From NCBI RefSeq assembly GCF_009914755.1, contig NC_060935.1: a stretch of 64,000 nt of DNA, one strand, 5' to 3'. The number at the start of each line of letters is the position of its first letter. The first letter of the stretch is position 1. This document shows, piece after piece, positions 46,252 to 63,467 of this stretch. A program made the translations under genes and the position numbers. The DNA is from the human T2T-CHM13v2.0 reference genome, Homo sapiens. The notes under the pieces were generated by a model, which searched no databases, had not been told where the DNA came from, and saw only the letters and a list, made by a program, of their open reading frames with translations.

Positions 46252-46807
46252 ATGAATTATTTACTTTATGGAGCATCAACATCCTTTTTATGTTCTTGTC
46301 CATTTTTATGTCCTTGTCCTCACCCTTGTCCCTTCAAGTTCAGTGGGTCCCAGAACTGAACTTGAAGAGAGTTAATTGGATATAGGCCAGGAGTGTGATT
46401 GGACATACGTGTGTGTGTTTCATTAAAATTCTCAAACTAAAAATAAATGGTTTGTGGATTAGTCAACTTCTGTTTTCTTCTGCTCGATATCCTGAATTAT
46501 CCAGTACCTGTTGCCTCCATGCTACTGAAAAGTGACCATGTGTGGTATGACAAGCTTATCAGAAGGCTGTCAAAGTGCTTGGCAGAGAAGACATGGAGTT
46601 TAATCCTGAGTGGAAAATGGCATTGTGGAAACAGATGAATTATAGTAGATGAATATAGTAGAAAATATAGTAGATGAATTAAAGTACATGAATTATCTAC
46701 TTTGTGGACCATCAAAATCCTTTTTATGTTCTTGTCCAAGTTCAGTGGGTTCCGGGACTGAACTTGAAGAGGGTTAATTGGATATAGGCCAGGAGCGTGA
46801 TTGGGCA
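46252..46807 (+). repeat. Local direct duplication (46252-46405 vs 46688-46807)
   Basis: Aligned by eye; copy 1 is 34 bp longer. Confidence 0.9.
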
Positions 46808-47931
46808 GATTTGTGGCAATTACACCTAGACACCGTGACTCCAGCCCCAGTCAATGCGGGGATTTCTCCCCAGGCCCCCCAGGGCACTCTGTGAGTGTTA
46901 ATGACCAGAGTTTTTGGTTAGGACTGTTTTTATGTCTTCCAATTGGAAAAAACAAGATAATGCTTTTACCATAAGCCAGTTTTTCCCGGGGCTAAGGGCA
47001 AATGAAATTGGATGGTGGTTGGGTCAGCAGGATTTGGGGGGCGGACAGGAGTGGGGCAGGGAAGGGGAGGCAGGAAGCTGAAAGGATTCTTTCTGGAAAA
47101 CAGCACAGCTTGCGGGCTGCTTGTCCTTGAGCTCCGAGGTCACTAGAGCGGTTGGTCTTTGATAGGGTTTCTGCATGAATCCCCTGCTCCTACGTTTCCT
47201 TTGTCCCTTTAGGACCCAAGAATCCATCTGCCTTCCCAGGTGCATCAGCTTCTCCTTTCCTTGGGCGCCTCTTTCCTGGGCCGTCCAGGAAGAACACAAG
47301 GCTCTCTGTGTCTTTCCCACCTCGTGACCTTTTGGAATTCACATATTTTTGGCTTTTTAAGAGGTTTGGCTTGTGTTGACTAGAGGGAAACAGGTGATAG
47401 CAAAATTAATAGCCAGTTGTGAAGCCATAGTCATAAAAAATGTCTTAAAAACATATTGAGTCTTAATTGAGTTTGGTCTTCAATCAGATGTGAATGGACC
47501 AGTGCTCCTGTTGCCTGGGCTGCTTCTAAAATGTTCTTGTCAGTTCAGTCGTCTTTCTGGGGAATCAGCTGCCCCGACTGACTCCAGGTTGGCTCCTAAA
47601 TCAAGCTATGTTGACTTCAGCTGGCAGAAAAGCCAAGCTGGCACTGCTACCAGGACTGTTTCCTAAGAGTCCCCCAGGGCACCAGCATTTCTGTCTGCAG
47701 CTGGCCGAGCCCTTGTGATTCCTGTCCTTGTGGCTAAATGAGGTGGTGCTGGCCTCTCTGGTTCCCAAAGACTCCCCCTTGGGCTGCAGGCCAAACGTCA
47801 CTGGCCTCCTAGAAGTCTCTCCAGCCCTGGCTCTAGCTCTGGGAAGTCCTGGCCTATGCCTTGGCACACTGCTCTGTCTTTTTTGGATTGTCTGTGGTTT
47901 CTTCCCCAGCTGGTTGTTGAGACAGCTCTAC

Positions 47932-48604
<673 letters not shown>

Positions 48605-49004
48605 AGTCATTTGTTTATTTCTATGGTTTCACCTGTGGCTTTGTGACCTCAGTGGCAGGTGCCATCCCCTGACAAACTGCCTCAAACTGGGCAGAGCAGA
48701 CTCGTTACTTCTTGTTTCAAGGTTTTCACTTGCCTTGGACTTCCCAGATGCTCTTGCTTTCTAGCTGAGGGCTGCCACCTGCAAAGCAGAGACGGCTGAC
48801 ACTTGTGGCAGAGTGAACATTCAAGCTCAGCTCAGCCCCTGAGTCCCAGCCCAAGCTCAGAGTCCCTTCAGTCTCATCAGTGAGGTTATCCCTGCCACCC
48901 ACCCCTTCTCCAAGTGAATGCTACGCTCCAGCACTGGAGTGTGCTTAAGGTGAAAGAATAAAGAATTCAGGGACAAAAAACCTTAAACTGAAATCCCTGT
49001 TTCT

Positions 49005-49749
<745 letters not shown>

Positions 49750-50347
49750 TAGATGGGGAAGAAGTGTTTTAATGGGAAGGTTTATTCCTAGTATTAAATA
49801 CAACATATTAGTATGCAGTATCTTGAATGAATTGAAAAAAGCAGCCAGAGTTTGCACTAAAGGAGGTGTTCTCTGATGTAGCCAACAGGTTCTCTCCACC
49901 ACACGGGCAGAGCTACCGTCTCACTGGTAATAACTGTGCCAACTTGGATTTGTCATTAGTCCTATGGCTCAAAGGAGACAGAGCTCTGGGTCAGCAGAGA
50001 AAAAAGTCAATGAGTTAATATTTGAATGCACCAAGGGAAGGGACAGGCCTCTGTGTGACACAGCGCCCAATAGGCCAGGGTGGAAGATATGGATCATATA
50101 GAAGGGAAATGAAGAGAAAGTGGAGAGCACAACATGCACGAAGTTGCAGGAATGAATGTGCATGGGAGATTTGGGGAGCACGAGCCCCAGAAAGGAAAAC
50201 TGTGTAAAGGCCTCAGGAAGAGCTTTCTGCTGGGGAAGTCAGTTTCATGTAGTAAGGCCTTGTGTGGCAGGCAGAAAACTTTGGACTGTATTCTATGACA
50301 TTATAGGAAGACTTCAAGAGACTGTAACTTGGGAAGAGACTTGACTA

Positions 50348-50680
<333 letters not shown>

Positions 50681-50689
50681 ATCTAGGCA

Positions 50690-51065
50690 CATTAGCATGC
50701 TGGGGCCAGCTGGCATCCACTTGTAGACGCCGATTGTGCATATCATTTCCCAATGCCAATTTCACCGATAGCAGAAATCAATCATGGTGGGAGTATACAT
50801 GGCAGAAATTGGCAAATAATATAAATCAGCCCCCTCCACCAATCTAGTTGTTAAACATTTGTCAGCACAGATAAAGGACCGTTTCAATAGAGTGGGATGT
50901 CAGTAGTTTTCAAACCTGAGATGCCTGTTAAAACTCCTTCAGGCTCCAACCCAGGCCCCCTGAATCAGAATCCAGGATCAATGAGGGAATGGGAACCTTT
51001 TTCTTTTCTTAAAAAGTTTCCAGGTGATTCTTATGCAGCCAAGGTGGTACTGATATTTGGACTAG
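50690..51065. mobile_element. hAT DNA-transposon remnants (MER63-like, then MER5-like)
   Basis: gaaattggcaaa...gttgttaaacatttgtcagcaca; tgaatcagaatc...ccaggtgattcttatgcagcc. Confidence 0.55.
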
Positions 51066-51823
51066 AGCAAGGATAATAGGAATAGAGAGGAGAGGATGGA
51101 TATAAAAGATGTTTCAAAGGTGGGAGCTAATATAACTCAGTGATAGATCGAAGGTAGGGAGTGGAGGAGAGAGAACTGCTGGAACTATTTCTGTGTTTCC
51201 TTGTTTGTACAGCTAAGTGGAGGGATGGTGATGCAGGTGACTGAGCTAAGGAAGGCAGATGGAAGTTGTTGGGGAGAAGTGAGGGTGTGGGAGGCGGGAA
51301 GGGGTAGTTTTGGACAGGCTGTGCGATGAGCCTAGGGAGGTAGGGTTTTGGTGACATCCTGTAAACAGCTGGATATGGGGGACCGGAGCTTGGTGGAACA
51401 CTAGGAGTTTTAGATACAGGTTTGGGAGTGAACATGTGGCTTTTTGTCCGAGCCATGGATATGGATGGCATTGCTGGAGGAGAATGTGTCATGTGAGAAG
51501 AGAAAGAGACTCTGGATGGAACTCTAGGGGCAACTTTTCAGAGGTTGGTAGGGGAAGAGAAGCCAAGTAGAGATCAAGCAAAGAGCGGTATGTATGTTGA
51601 AAGCCCAAGTCGATGGCTCCTTAGAGAGAGGAGTTCCTTTAGGTGTTTTCGCATTTCCAGAAGCCTAACAGAAACCACACGTACATTTTTCTGTAACAAG
51701 ACAACCTAAAACATTCCTTTGTTTGGCTTGAATTCTATCAATCCAGTGTGGTAAGACATGTCCTTGGAGGCTGACCTGAAGCTCTGAATGGTAGTTGTGT
51801 GTCTTTCATTAGAAACACACTTG

Positions 51824-52137
<314 letters not shown>

Positions 52138-52332
52138 TTAGGAATATTGTTTGAGGGTTCTTGGTGGAGAGGAAGTTGGGACATTGTAGGAAACAGAAGT
52201 GAAAGCTCTCTGTGTGTACTGGCCTGACTCTGTGAGAGGAAATGGATGGAGAAAATACTCGAACTCCTCATTAAACTGGAGCAGTTTAGTTAAAGGGCTC
52301 AAGATCATACTGATTGTTGAAAATAAAGATTT

Positions 52333-52845
52333 GGGCTGGGCATGGTGGCTCACGCCTGTGATCCCAGCACTTTGTGGGGCCTACGCGGGCGGATCACTTG
52401 AGGTCAGGAGTTCAAGACCAGCCTGGCCAACATGGTGAAACCCCATTTCTGCTAAAAATACAAAAATTAGCTGGGAGTGGTGGTGGACGCCTGTTATATC
52501 AGCTACTTGGGAGGCTGAGGCAGGAGAATGGCTTTAACCTGGGAGGTGGAGGTTGCAGTGAGCCAGGATTACAGCACTGCACTCCAGCGTGGGTGACAGA
52601 GTGAGACTCTGTCAAGGAAGGAAGGAAGGAAAAGAAAGAAAGAGAGAGAGAGAGAAAGAGAAAGAAAGAAAGAAGGAAGGAAGGAAGGAAAGAAGGAAGG
52701 AAGGAAAAAGAAAGAGAGAGAGAGAAAGAAAGAAAAAGAAAGAAAGGAAGAAAGAAAGAGAAAAAGAAAGAAAGGAAGAAAGAAAGAAAGAGAAAGAAAG
52801 AAAGAAAGAAAAGAAAGAAAGAAAGAAAAAGAAAGAAAGAAAAAG
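52333..52845 (+). mobile_element. Alu whose tail has expanded into an about 230-bp polypurine tract (52615-52845)
   Basis: TSD about aaagatt; (ggaa)n/(gaaa)n/(ga)n tail. Confidence 0.93.
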
Positions 52846-53540
52846 ATTGACTGACTGATTTGGGCATAAAATGGATTCTGGCTTGCCCTGGGCTTAAGAA
52901 CTTTCTGCAGCTTTTCAGCACTGACTTCTTTCTCCAACATGGATACTCTGCATTGGGAAGCAAGAGATTTTCCACAGGCAGGAAGGGGACCCAGGGAGTA
53001 GGGGTGGGGGAAAGTGAGGGGATGGTGCGTGTGTGGAGAGTGGAGGGAGGCTGGCCTTGAGGCTGGTCCAGGGTTTTGACCAATTCTTACAAACTTCAAG
53101 TTCTGGGAAGCAACTTGGTTGACCACATTACCTTCTGAGTAAAGGTTTAGTAAGGGATCTGGTTAATTTGTATTTATTCTCTTGAGAGAGCTGAAGATTT
53201 CACTGTGAAGTTAAGTAGTGATTGAGGCCAAGGAAGCTAGTAGGATGTGGGAAACTAGAAAAAGGTGGTGTGCTCCTTTACCTAAGAGCAAGTGAAGAGA
53301 GTTAAAGCTGACAGTTTCTCCTTGCCCCTTTTCTCAGAACCCATTTGAGGAATATAATGGGGTAAGTATAATTATTTTAATTATGTGTGGTGATAGGCCT
53401 AGAATTTTATTGTAGGTGAGGGATCATTTACCCTTTGTGAAAAAGGATAAAGAATATTTATTTATTTTTCCTAGCCAGAGCTTCATGATCTGTATTCACG
53501 AGAGCTAAGGATTGGCATGAAAATTTAAAGCTTATAGATA

Positions 53541-53670
53541 GGCTGGGTGTGGTGGCTTTCGCCTGTAATCCCAGCACTTTGGGAGGCCGAGGTGGGAGGA
53601 TTGCTTGCACCTAGGAGTTTAAGATCAGCCTGGGCAACATAGGGAGACCCTGTCTCAATTTTTTAAAAAA
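53541..53670 (+). mobile_element. FLAM
   Basis: Single monomer. Confidence 0.85.
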
Positions 53671-54127
53671 TTAATACTCATAGATAATTCAGAAAGAAAC
53701 AAACAAAAACGTTGTAGCCTTGGTTTTCAACACCTTTTTTTTTTTTTTTTTTTTTTTAACTGACTTTCACTGGTTGTGCCTAAATGGAGAGCCATATTCT
53801 TTCCTGCCCACCTTCTCATGGAGGCGCTGTCAGGCTTGAGATGCAGCTTCCTCATGTTGGATAACTGAGAATTGGACCACAACTTTGACACGGGGGCAGG
53901 AAAGAGGAGCCCTGGCATTAGGAAGATTCTGGCGGGTTTTGTTACAGTGGCTTCTTTATGGGGAAGGTCCACATATGTCTAATTCAAGTCGGCATCGCCA
54001 GATGTCTGGAACCAATGCCTAAAACATAGTTGGTGGAAACATGGATGGATGAATGACATATCAGGAGTGGTGGGTTCCCTGAGGTCACGGGCCATGCCTT
54101 ACACATCCAGCACGGCCTAGCAGGGTC

Positions 54128-54507
<380 letters not shown>

Positions 54508-54772
54508 TCAGGGTACTTTCAACATAGATGTTCAAAAAGTATGCACAAGGAAGGAAGGTGCAATCTGTGCTGATTTGAGAGTACTCAGCAAGGCGTCTTT
54601 CTGGGCAGACCAGTGAGTACTCAGTGGAAGTGGAGACTTTTACAAATACATCAAGGGAGGATAGGGCTAGATATTTGCACATTCATCAGATATGTATTAT
54701 ACACCTAATATGTGCTAGGCACTGTGGGTGGAAAAAAATGACACAATGGGACCATCGCTCTCAAATAATTTA

Positions 54773-55161
<389 letters not shown>

Positions 55162-56255
55162 GTAGTGCAGGGTGATATAGGACCATAATGTGGGTGGTGG
55201 CCACCAAGGAAGATTTACTACTTTTGAAGAATAATAGTAGCTATAATATTGTGTGTCTACTCATCTCTCCAAGTATGTGTGGGTGTTTATTTAATTCTCC
55301 CAAAACCCCAAGAACATAGATGCTATTGTCACCCCCATTTTATAGAGGTTGGACATCAGCAGCGTAGGTGGAAGAGTCGACTTGAACTCAGGCAGTCCAA
55401 AGCTGGGACAAAGAAGGGTGAGAGAAAAGGCTCTACCAGGCCAGTAGAAAGGCAAATTAAAAGGCAGAGGCAAGTAGAAGGGCTGGAGTGGAGAGCGGAG
55501 GTGACGTGAGGGAGCTGGGTAGAGAGGCAATAGCCAGGTTATGAGGCTGTTACTGCTCAGATAAGGAGTTGGAACTTGCTCGGAAATCATGGGAAGGCTA
55601 AAGGATTTTAAGCCAGGAAGAGACATGATTAAATCTGTGTTTCTGTAAGACCATTGTTTCAGTGTCAGGATAGACTGGAGTGGGGCCAGAGTGGCAATGG
55701 GGAGGGCAGTGAAGAGCCTATTAAAGTAATCTGGGTGAGGAGTGATGAGAGCTTGGTTTCAGACAGAGGCCGTCGGAGTGATGAATGGAAGGCGGATGGA
55801 TTCGAGAGTCACTAAAGAAGTAAGGTCTGTAGGACTTGGTGTCAAACTGATGTGGGGTTGCATTTCTAGTTCATATGAATCTTTACTTGTGGAGTATAAG
55901 GAGAGGAGAAAAAGATGGTGAATTCAGTGGTGGGAATGCTCAGTTTGAGACTCCTGTTGGACATTTAAGAGAGCTCTGTACCTCTGCAACTATACGATAC
56001 TAAAAATAAGTATTATTTTTAATTTTTTTCTTGTCCTTTCCCTTTCTCTTTCTTTTCTTTCTTTCTTTCTTTTTTTCTTTCTTTCTCTTTCTTTCTTTCT
56101 TTCCTTCTTTCTTTCTCTTTCTTTCCTTCCTTCCTTCCTTCCTTCCTTCCTCTCTTTTTCTTCTTCCACCTGATGGCACAAGAAAAAAATAAACATTATT
56201 AACAGTTGTTGGGGATGTATTTATTTACTTGCCAAGCCTTCTGCTAAGTGCTGCA

Positions 56256-57030
<775 letters not shown>

Positions 57031-57202
57031 GTTAAGTGCTGGATATTAATTAACTTGCTTAATCCTCACAACAGGTCTGTAAAGTTGCTTACATTTTGAC
57101 AGATAAAAGGATGGGAATGTAGAGAGAGGTTAAGAAATTTGCTCTGAGTTGCTAAGAAAACAAGTGGCCAAGCTAGAACTCAAATCCTGGGTTTGATCCA
57201 TA

Positions 57203-57385
57203 CCAGTGCTGTCCAATAAAGTTTTCTGCAGTGATGAAAATGCTCTCTATCTGTACTGTCCACAATGAAGCCACGAGCCACATATGGATGTTGAGTACTT
57301 GAAATACTGGTGTGACTAAGGAACTGCATTTTTAATTAATTTAAATTTATGTAGCCGCATGTGACGAGTGACCACATCGTTCAGT
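57203..57385. mobile_element. MER3 DNA transposon
   Basis: cagtgctgtccaataaagttttctgcagtgatgaaaatg...agccacatatgg...gagtacttgaaat. Confidence 0.75.
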
Positions 57386-58320
57386 TCTGTGCTCTGCTAT
57401 CTTTGGGAGTTATCAGCATATTCATAATAATTGAAGCCTTGAGTGTGATAAGATCTCACAAAGAGATGAATTGCAGTAGATTTTAACCTCATATGGGCCC
57501 AGGCATATTTGAGAATCTGATGAAGGCTGTAAACTTCTCTCAGGAACATATAGTATTATTGCACATTATATTGATAACAATTTCAGAGGTCCACAAAACT
57601 TAGGTTTCCCTGATATAAAACAGGAAGAAGCAGGAACCCAATAGAATGTAAACTCCTTAAGAGCAGAGACCTCATCTGTGTTGTTTACTGCTCTATACCC
57701 AGTATCTAGATTCTAGAACAATGCTTAGTACATAGTTGATGCTTGGTAATTTTAAATGAGTGTCTGAATGAGTCCCGGGAAACATTTTAGGACCAAATAG
57801 AAGAAGAGCCCAAGAAACTTCCCCAGAAAAAGAAGTGAAAGTAGGACAAAACGCAAGAAACAGGGGAGAGTAATGCCAGAGAATGCAAGAAATATGCGTT
57901 TCAAGAAGGAGAATAGTCATCAATGTCAGACCTGCCTGGCTGGTCAAAGATTAAGATTTAACTATTGTCATTGGTCTTGGTGTAACAGAGGTCCCTGCTG
58001 ATAAAACCAAGGAGAGGTAGGCGTGGGGTGCACATTGCAATAGATTAATTCATAAAGCAGTGGTGAAGAAGTAGGGGCATTGAGTATAACATCCAGTGAA
58101 CCTCAAATCCTGGTTGCCCCCCAGAATCATTTTTAAGCTTTTTAAAAATACGTATACCTGGACAGGTTCATACTCCGACTTCATACATTTGGAGAGGGGC
58201 CAAGGAATCTGCATAGTAAAGCTCCTGAATTTATTATAATATTGTTTTAATGGAAGTTCAGCAATTACAAAGTAGTATGTATGTTCTTGCAATAAAATGG
58301 CCATCAAGAGAGGAAAACTA

Positions 58321-58597
<277 letters not shown>

Positions 58598-58781
58598 AGT
58601 GGAGAGAGAGCCTTTTCTTTTGTTAAACACAGACATGGGCATGTTCAGAGGTGAACTATTTTATTTTTTTAGTGATATGGTTTCACCCTGTTGCCTGGGC
58701 TGGAGTGCAGTGGTGTGATAATAGTTCACTGTAACCTTGATCTCTTTGGCTCAAGCGTTCCTCCCACCTCGGCCTCCCCGG

Positions 58782-59723
58782 TGAAGCAGCGTTGTTGTCT
58801 GGGGTAATACCCAAGGTTCGTCATCTCATGCCAAGAAAATTAAGGACACAGACACACATGAGGAGTGAGTTTAGGAGTGAAGGTTTAATAGGCGAAAGAA
58901 AGAGAAAGAACAACTCACTCTTGTGAGAGAGAGGGGCACCCAAATGGGAATTACGCCAGGTGCTGTGGAGTGCACCAGATTTTTATAGACAGGCTTGAGG
59001 AGGTGGTGTCTGATTTATATAGGGCTCACAGACTGGTTGGACCAGGTGTGACGTTTACATAGCCCAGGGGGAAGGCTGGCCACTCCACCCTAATCTTATT
59101 ATCCAGATGGGCTTTCCACTTGGCTGGCACCATGTTGTCTGCTCCTTACCATACATGTGGCTGGCAAAGAGAAGGGAAGATGGAGCCACCATTTTGAACA
59201 TGCCTAGTCCCAGGTAGCCTTTTCCTATTGGCACAACTGCTGGCATTCACCCATGGAAGCTTCCAGCTTGCTTGTCTATGTCTGCAGCTAAATTTTACAG
59301 GCTGCTCTTTGTTAGAAAAGAAAATGATTTGGGGGATGCTTTTCATTAACAGGAAAATCTTACGGAGGACTTCCTTACCCTCACTATCTGCCTAAATAAT
59401 TTCTTCTTTTATTTTTTGAGACGAAGTCTCGCTCTTGTCCCCCAGGCTGGAGAGCAATGGTGCAATCTTGGCTCACTGCAACCTCTGCCTCCGGGTTCAA
59501 ACAATTCTCCTGCCTCAGCCTCCCGAGTAGCTGGGATTACAGGAGTCTGCCACCATGCCTGGCTAAGTTTTGTATTTGTAGTAGAGACGGGGTTTCACCA
59601 TGTTAGCCAGGCTGGTCTCGAACTCCTGACCTCAGGTGATCTGCCCACCTCGGCCTCCCAAAGTGCTGGGATTACAGGCGTGAGCCACCGTGCCCTGACA
59701 ATTTCTTCTTAACTCCCATATCA
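58782..59723 (-). mobile_element. ERV1 (MER4-group, MER51/MER50-like) solo LTR inserted into an AluJ (58660-58781 and 59724-59908) and carrying a younger Alu (59402-59699)
   Basis: TG..CA ends, 4-bp TSD ccgg/ccag; inner Alu TSD aatttcttctt. Confidence 0.82.
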
Positions 59724-61839
59724 CCAGTAGCTAGGACTACAGGCACACACCACCACACCGTGCTAATTTTTGTTTTCATTTATTTTTTGTAGAGATGAAG
59801 TCTCACTGTATTACCCAGGCTGGTCTCAAAACTCCCGGGCTCCAGAGATCCTCCTTCCTCAACCTCCCAAAATGCTGGGATTACAGGTGTGACCCACCTC
59901 ACCCAGTCCCAAGAACCATTAAATAGAGAAGTATTCATGAGTTGTAAGGAGCTAGGAAGATATTTAGCTGGATTTTGAATCCCTGAATCTTTGACCAGGG
60001 ATTCTACCCACCTTGCTGCAGGTTCCCATGGGAGCTATTAAGCAGAAGTGAACCTTCTAACTCGGTAGACAAATTCTCAATATTCACCTCAAGTATGTTA
60101 TTTCTAAGTGGTGTTTGAGGATATTGAGGGATGTTCTGTAAGGAGGTGGCAGTACCCCAGTCACATTTGTTTACTTATTTTCTATTATTAGACTTGTCCA
60201 TACCTGCTTGCCAGGTGGCACACAGAAACTCCTCCTTTATTCTCTCCATCTTTGCTACCTGCCTTCTCTTCCCCCATACACCTTTCCTACTTAAGCTGAA
60301 ATAGTAAATGCCAGAGTCATTTTATATGTAGAAATAATTTAGCATGAAAACCCAGCTCTCTCTTCTGTCAGTGGTGGTGAGGCCCTACTTTTCAGGCTAA
60401 GGGCCTTTTCTGTTATCTTTCTCCCATGCACTGGCTATTTCAAAATATTCTGACACACTAACTGAATACTCAGTGTAATAGATATCCACCATTTATGATA
60501 CACTCACCAAGGGCCTGCTACTGCCCTAAACATGTTCTACAGATGATTTCTACCATTTCTAATCCCCACTGCAATGTTTTCTTTTTTTTAACTTTTAATT
60601 TTTTTTAAAGTAATGGCAATCTTGAATCCAACAGAACTGCAGTCTTTTAAGGCATGCATTATTACCCACATCTGACTGTTAGAAAAGTGAAATAATTTTC
60701 TCAATCTCCCCCTCTGCTAAGTGGCAGAGTCAGGACTAGAATGTGCGTCTCTCTGACGCCATATCCTGAACTCAGATACTGTGACTGGATTATTCACAAC
60801 TTAATCCTCTGTGCAGTTCTATAAATAGAGGACTAAGTTGTGAGTAATCGCAATAAGTCTCCATTTTTCAGGAAATAGGCTAAGGGAGGATAAGTGACTT
60901 GGCCAAGGTTAGAAGGCTAATAAGAAACAAAGCCTATGTCCCAAGGACCTCAATCCAGAAAAACAAAAAACAAATAAAGGCAGGGGGCAAACCCAGGTTT
61001 GTCTGCCTTGGTGCTATTTCTACTGTATCACTGCTTAAAATAATATATTTCCCCATTTTTATTAACAAAGACATCTATAACTGCCACTCAGAGCCTTTTG
61101 CAGCTTCTAATTAGCACGAGATAATTGATACTAACAGGAAAGATTGCCTCAGTTGCAGCCAGAAGTAAAGAGATGCAGTACATTAGTCTCTGCAGCCTGG
61201 GTGTGGGTAAATGTAGTTTCCATCAGGCTCTGGAAATACTGCATTACAGCCTACATGCCCCCATGACGGCTTGGGACCACCTGAATCTCTCAGAACCCCT
61301 TCTGGGCATAGGAAGCTATGACTCCTGTAGGGTTGCCTGGAAGAGAAAGAGCTGTTTCTCCCTAGGAAGCACCTACTCAGTAGAGGTTGCCATATTCCGT
61401 CTTTCTAGCAGTAAAGCCGTGCCTTTCAGAGGGCAGAAGGACGGCTTCCTGGTGGTTCGTGGGTTTAGTCTGTACTTTCTGCACGTGTCCTGGGTACAGG
61501 GAGGGAGGAAGGGAGATCACTGGAATCATGAGAATTTGCCCAGCCCGCATTGCAGAGCTTCCTGGTCAAAGCCTAGTGAATTTCTCCCTTGTGGAGCGTG
61601 CTTTGGCTCAGATTCCTGTGGATTTTTCCCAGTCCTTCCAGTGCTGCTGGTATTAATGTGACCTTCCAGGATAAGCTCCTGCACTAGCACGCTGGTCTTA
61701 AACAAAACCAGGATTCTGCTTCAGCTGGTTTCCCTCAGGAATATCCCAGAATTTTACCAAGAGCTTCCCATCTTATTTAGGAACATGGTCTAGTGTTCCA
61801 AAATTTAATTTATACAGTGAATTTTATCTGAAGCTTGAA

Positions 61840-62190
61840 TGTACAGCAGGAGGGATTTAAGTCATCCTAGTTCCATATCTAGCTGTCTTGAGCGAATGGC
61901 AAGCAGTTGCTTATACAAATTCCCTTCCTTGCAGTGTTAAGCCATCTTTCAGTCATCCGGTGCCCAGGCAAGGACATTCCAAATCCTAGTTTAGAGTTTC
62001 TTTTTCAGGGTTTCCAACAGACAGTTTCATCTGTTAGTGCCCTCTGCTGGACTTTCTCCAAGTTCTTTTCAACCTCCTGAATCCCAGAGTGGACGCAGAC
62101 TGGATGTCTTCTCCCACTAAGGCCTTGACTAATCTGGAGTGGAGGGAGGTGTGCTTTTTGACCTTGTAGCATGCTGCACTCCTTTATAAA
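61840..62190 (-). mobile_element. L3/CR1 LINE remnant
   Basis: Minus-strand peptide CVHSGIQEVEKNLEKVQQRAL resembles the CR1 ORF2 C-terminal motif (CVQFW...DIEKLERVQRRAT). Confidence 0.5.
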
Positions 62191-62432
62191 CACCTTGGCC
62201 TGGAGGTTGCTCTTTTCATGGTCTCCGAAGACTGGTAGGTTTATTTAGGGAGCAGCGTGAGTTGCCTGGGGTCCAGGTGGCCTATATCATTGAAAAAGGC
62301 TCATATAAGAGAAGAATTGAAAGGGTGTGTGTGAGAGGGTGAGGCAGTGTCTGAATCTCTGGAAATTCTGCTCAACAATATTATTTCATGGGATTGAGTG
62401 GAGGAGTGGTTGGCAGCAATTCATCCATTTAA

Positions 62433-62728
<296 letters not shown>

Positions 62729-63467
62729 CATTTAACTTCTTTAAGACTGTTGAAAAACAAGCTCAAATAATGGGAGGAAATAGGGCCAGGCCTCTGCCGA
62801 GGGTACTGGAGGAGGAAAGATCCTGTATATACCCTATGCCTGTTGCCACCATGGATTTATCTAGAGTCCCTCCAGCTCGATGTTCACCTCTCTGATGTGT
62901 TCCCTGGAGCTTTCCAACAGAGGTGTCCACCAGCTACACCTTGTTCATTTTTCTGCTGTTGTTGCATCACAGTCCACGGTGAATATTTGTATGTCTTAGA
63001 CTGGGAGCTCTTTGCTGGAGAGACCTTGTCCTGATCATCTTTACAGTACTGTCTCCTAGCACAGTGCTGGGTACATGAGAATGGTAAACGGAATTGAACT
63101 AGAATGCCTTTTCTTCTCATTTCTGCATGTCTTGAGTCTATCCAGTTTTAAGTGGCAGCACAAAAATCTTGTTGTTAAGACAGAATTGTCTTACTGGTCC
63201 CAGAAGGACATGACATTTCTGCATTCTGTGTTCCCATAGCACTTAATACATAGTATTGAGAGTTATCATTTTTCTGCTTTTAAATATAGTTATTTATATT
63301 GAATCTTACTTTCCTGATTCTAAGCACTTTGAGAGCAGGATCCTTGTTTGATTCACGTCTTTCTTTTCCTATAACCCATAAAATGATGCCTTGCATATAG
63401 GATAATGGCACCTGGCATTTACATAGCAGTTAAAATGTGGCAGATGCTCTTTTTCATACTTCACATT

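Noticed and set aside
52499-53126. Hydrophobic Phe/Leu/Ser-rich 185-194 aa ORFs resembling membrane proteins
   Set aside because: Translations of the polypurine tract.
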